A DNA stretch of 64,000 bases from an uncultured Candidatus Saccharibacteria bacterium (GTDB lineage: Bacteria; Patescibacteriota; Saccharimonadia; Saccharimonadales; CAZDQS01): NCBI GenBank assembly GCA_964507855.1, contig CAZDQS010000004.1, positions 14,888-78,887 of the forward strand. Reading direction: 5' to 3'. A program made the position numbers and the translations under genes. The notes under the pieces were generated by a model. That model was given only the letters and a program-made list of their open reading frames with translations, did not search any database and had not been told where the DNA came from. Shown in pieces: positions 62,911 through 64,000 of this stretch. Each line of letters begins with the position of its first letter. Within the stretch, counting starts at the first letter, position 1.

Positions 62911-63973
62911 GTGACAGCTCTTGTGGGGCGTCTTTGGCGTGAATAGTTTTTTCATACAGCACGTAGCCAAGCGGCAACTGTATGAGCATACTCAAGATCC
63001 GATACATGACAGTCACCGGGATACTAACGCCCGGCGGTATGCCTGCCGCTGCCAATACACCGGTCATGAGTGCCTCATATATGCCCACCCCGCCGGGTAG
63101 TACCGAGAAGAATCCAGCAAAGTTCGCGATAGCATACGCGATGATGACCGCGCCCGGGTTGACTAGCTCGCCAAACGCCACATAGATGACGTAGATCGCC
63201 AAGATCTCACTCAAGTTCACCAGCATGGCGTACACCATCGGCCACTTCAGCCGCCACAAATCATCCTTGATGAGCATATAGTTCTCGTGCAGCTCGTTAA
63301 ACATATTCTGCACTCGCTCAACGCTAATTGTCTCCGGCACGTTCCGCCGCACGATACCAATAAGCCGGTTGAGCGTGTGCGTAATGTACGTAAAAAATGC
63401 ATTAATGCGCTTCTTACTCCCAATAATAAAAGCAAACGCCAACGTAGAGATAATCAGCAGCGTGGACAGTGAACCCGCCACGAGCATGATGAAGTTGCTG
63501 GCCTTGCCGCCAATAGCCAGGATAATGAGCCCAATGACAAGAAAAGCCTGGAACGAAACAAAGATGAGAATAAACCGCATAAACTGCACGAGTGTCGCCT
63601 TGCCCGCGCTCACTCCCTCTTTGCGCATCCGGACACCAAAGAAAGAAAAGCCTGACACGCCGCCACTCGGAAACACGTTATTCACAAATGTCAACTCGGC
63701 ATGCACCCGCATCATCCGCTTGTAATTAACCTTCTCGCCTAAGATTTTGAAAAACTCCTGGTACAAGCGCGTGTAGACGTGATAGTTGTAGGCGCGCACT
63801 GGCAGCAGCAGAAGTATCGCCATGGTGTTTACCCGGCCCAAGTTGCGGAAACTATCTATGATTTGGTGACGCACCGCATAAATCAACACAGCAAAAGCAA
63901 CGAACGTAACAACCGTCAACACAAGCTTCCATCGCTGTTGGTGCTTTTCTTTTTCAGACATTCTGAATTGCAT
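62900..63973 (-). CDS. UPF0104/lysylphosphatidylglycerol-synthase-TM-region (flippase-like) membrane protein
   Basis: About 8 TM helices; GAVIIAYAIANFAGFFSVLPGGVGIYEALMTGVLAAAG signature region. Confidence 0.8.
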   Translation of the reverse strand: MQFRMSEKEKHQQRWKLVLTVVTFVAFAVLIYAVRHQIIDSFRNLGRVNTMAILLLLPVRAYNYHVYTRLYQEFFKILGEKVNYKRMMRVHAELTFVNNVFPSGGVSGFSFFGVRMRKEGVSAGKATLVQFMRFILIFVSFQAFLVIGLIILAIGGKASNFIMLVAGSLSTLLIISTLAFAFIIGSKKRINAFFTYITHTLNRLIGIVRRNVPETISVERVQNMFNELHENYMLIKDDLWRLKWPMVYAMLVNLSEILAIYVIYVAFGELVNPGAVIIAYAIANFAGFFSVLPGGVGIYEALMTGVLAAAGIPPGVSIPVTVMYRILSMLIQLPLGYVLYEKTIHAKDAPQELSHER

Positions 63974-64000
63974 TATAACAACGTAGTACGTATACCGTAT

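Overview
The window looks like a streamlined CPR/Saccharibacteria-like bacterial chromosome segment; that taxon call is an inference from gene content, not a database hit. G+C is moderate and the standard genetic code fits.

Core genes:
- Housekeeping: gltX, der, pth, dprA, topA, glyQS, recO, xseAB.
- A compact dcw cluster: mraZ-rsmH-ftsL-ftsI-mraY-ftsW-murG-ftsQ.
- A umuD-like/umuC pair and two two-component systems.
- Cell-surface genes: sortase, PEGA protein, type IV pilin, LysM proteins, LysM-Rpf.
- A VirD4/TraG-like ATPase.
- tRNA-Leu(CAA) and tRNA-Glu(CUC).

Most interesting signals (all non-coding or structural):
1. A family of ~171-nt GC-rich palindromic elements inserted in-frame in der, in a TylF-type methyltransferase and in a Y-family polymerase fragment. 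The core is conserved, but the terminal helix differs in sequence in each copy while staying paired.
2. A second family of ~238-nt structured intergenic repeats with four copies and strong helix covariation. Two copies sit head-to-head and split a kinase/regulator operon.
3. A canonical type III hammerhead ribozyme.
4. A pilin cassette bracketed by 155-bp direct repeats that each begin with the 3' end of tRNA-Glu.
5. GC3-rich, actinobacteria-like genes embedded in native AT-rich promoter context.

No CRISPR array, rRNA, transposase or integrase gene was seen.
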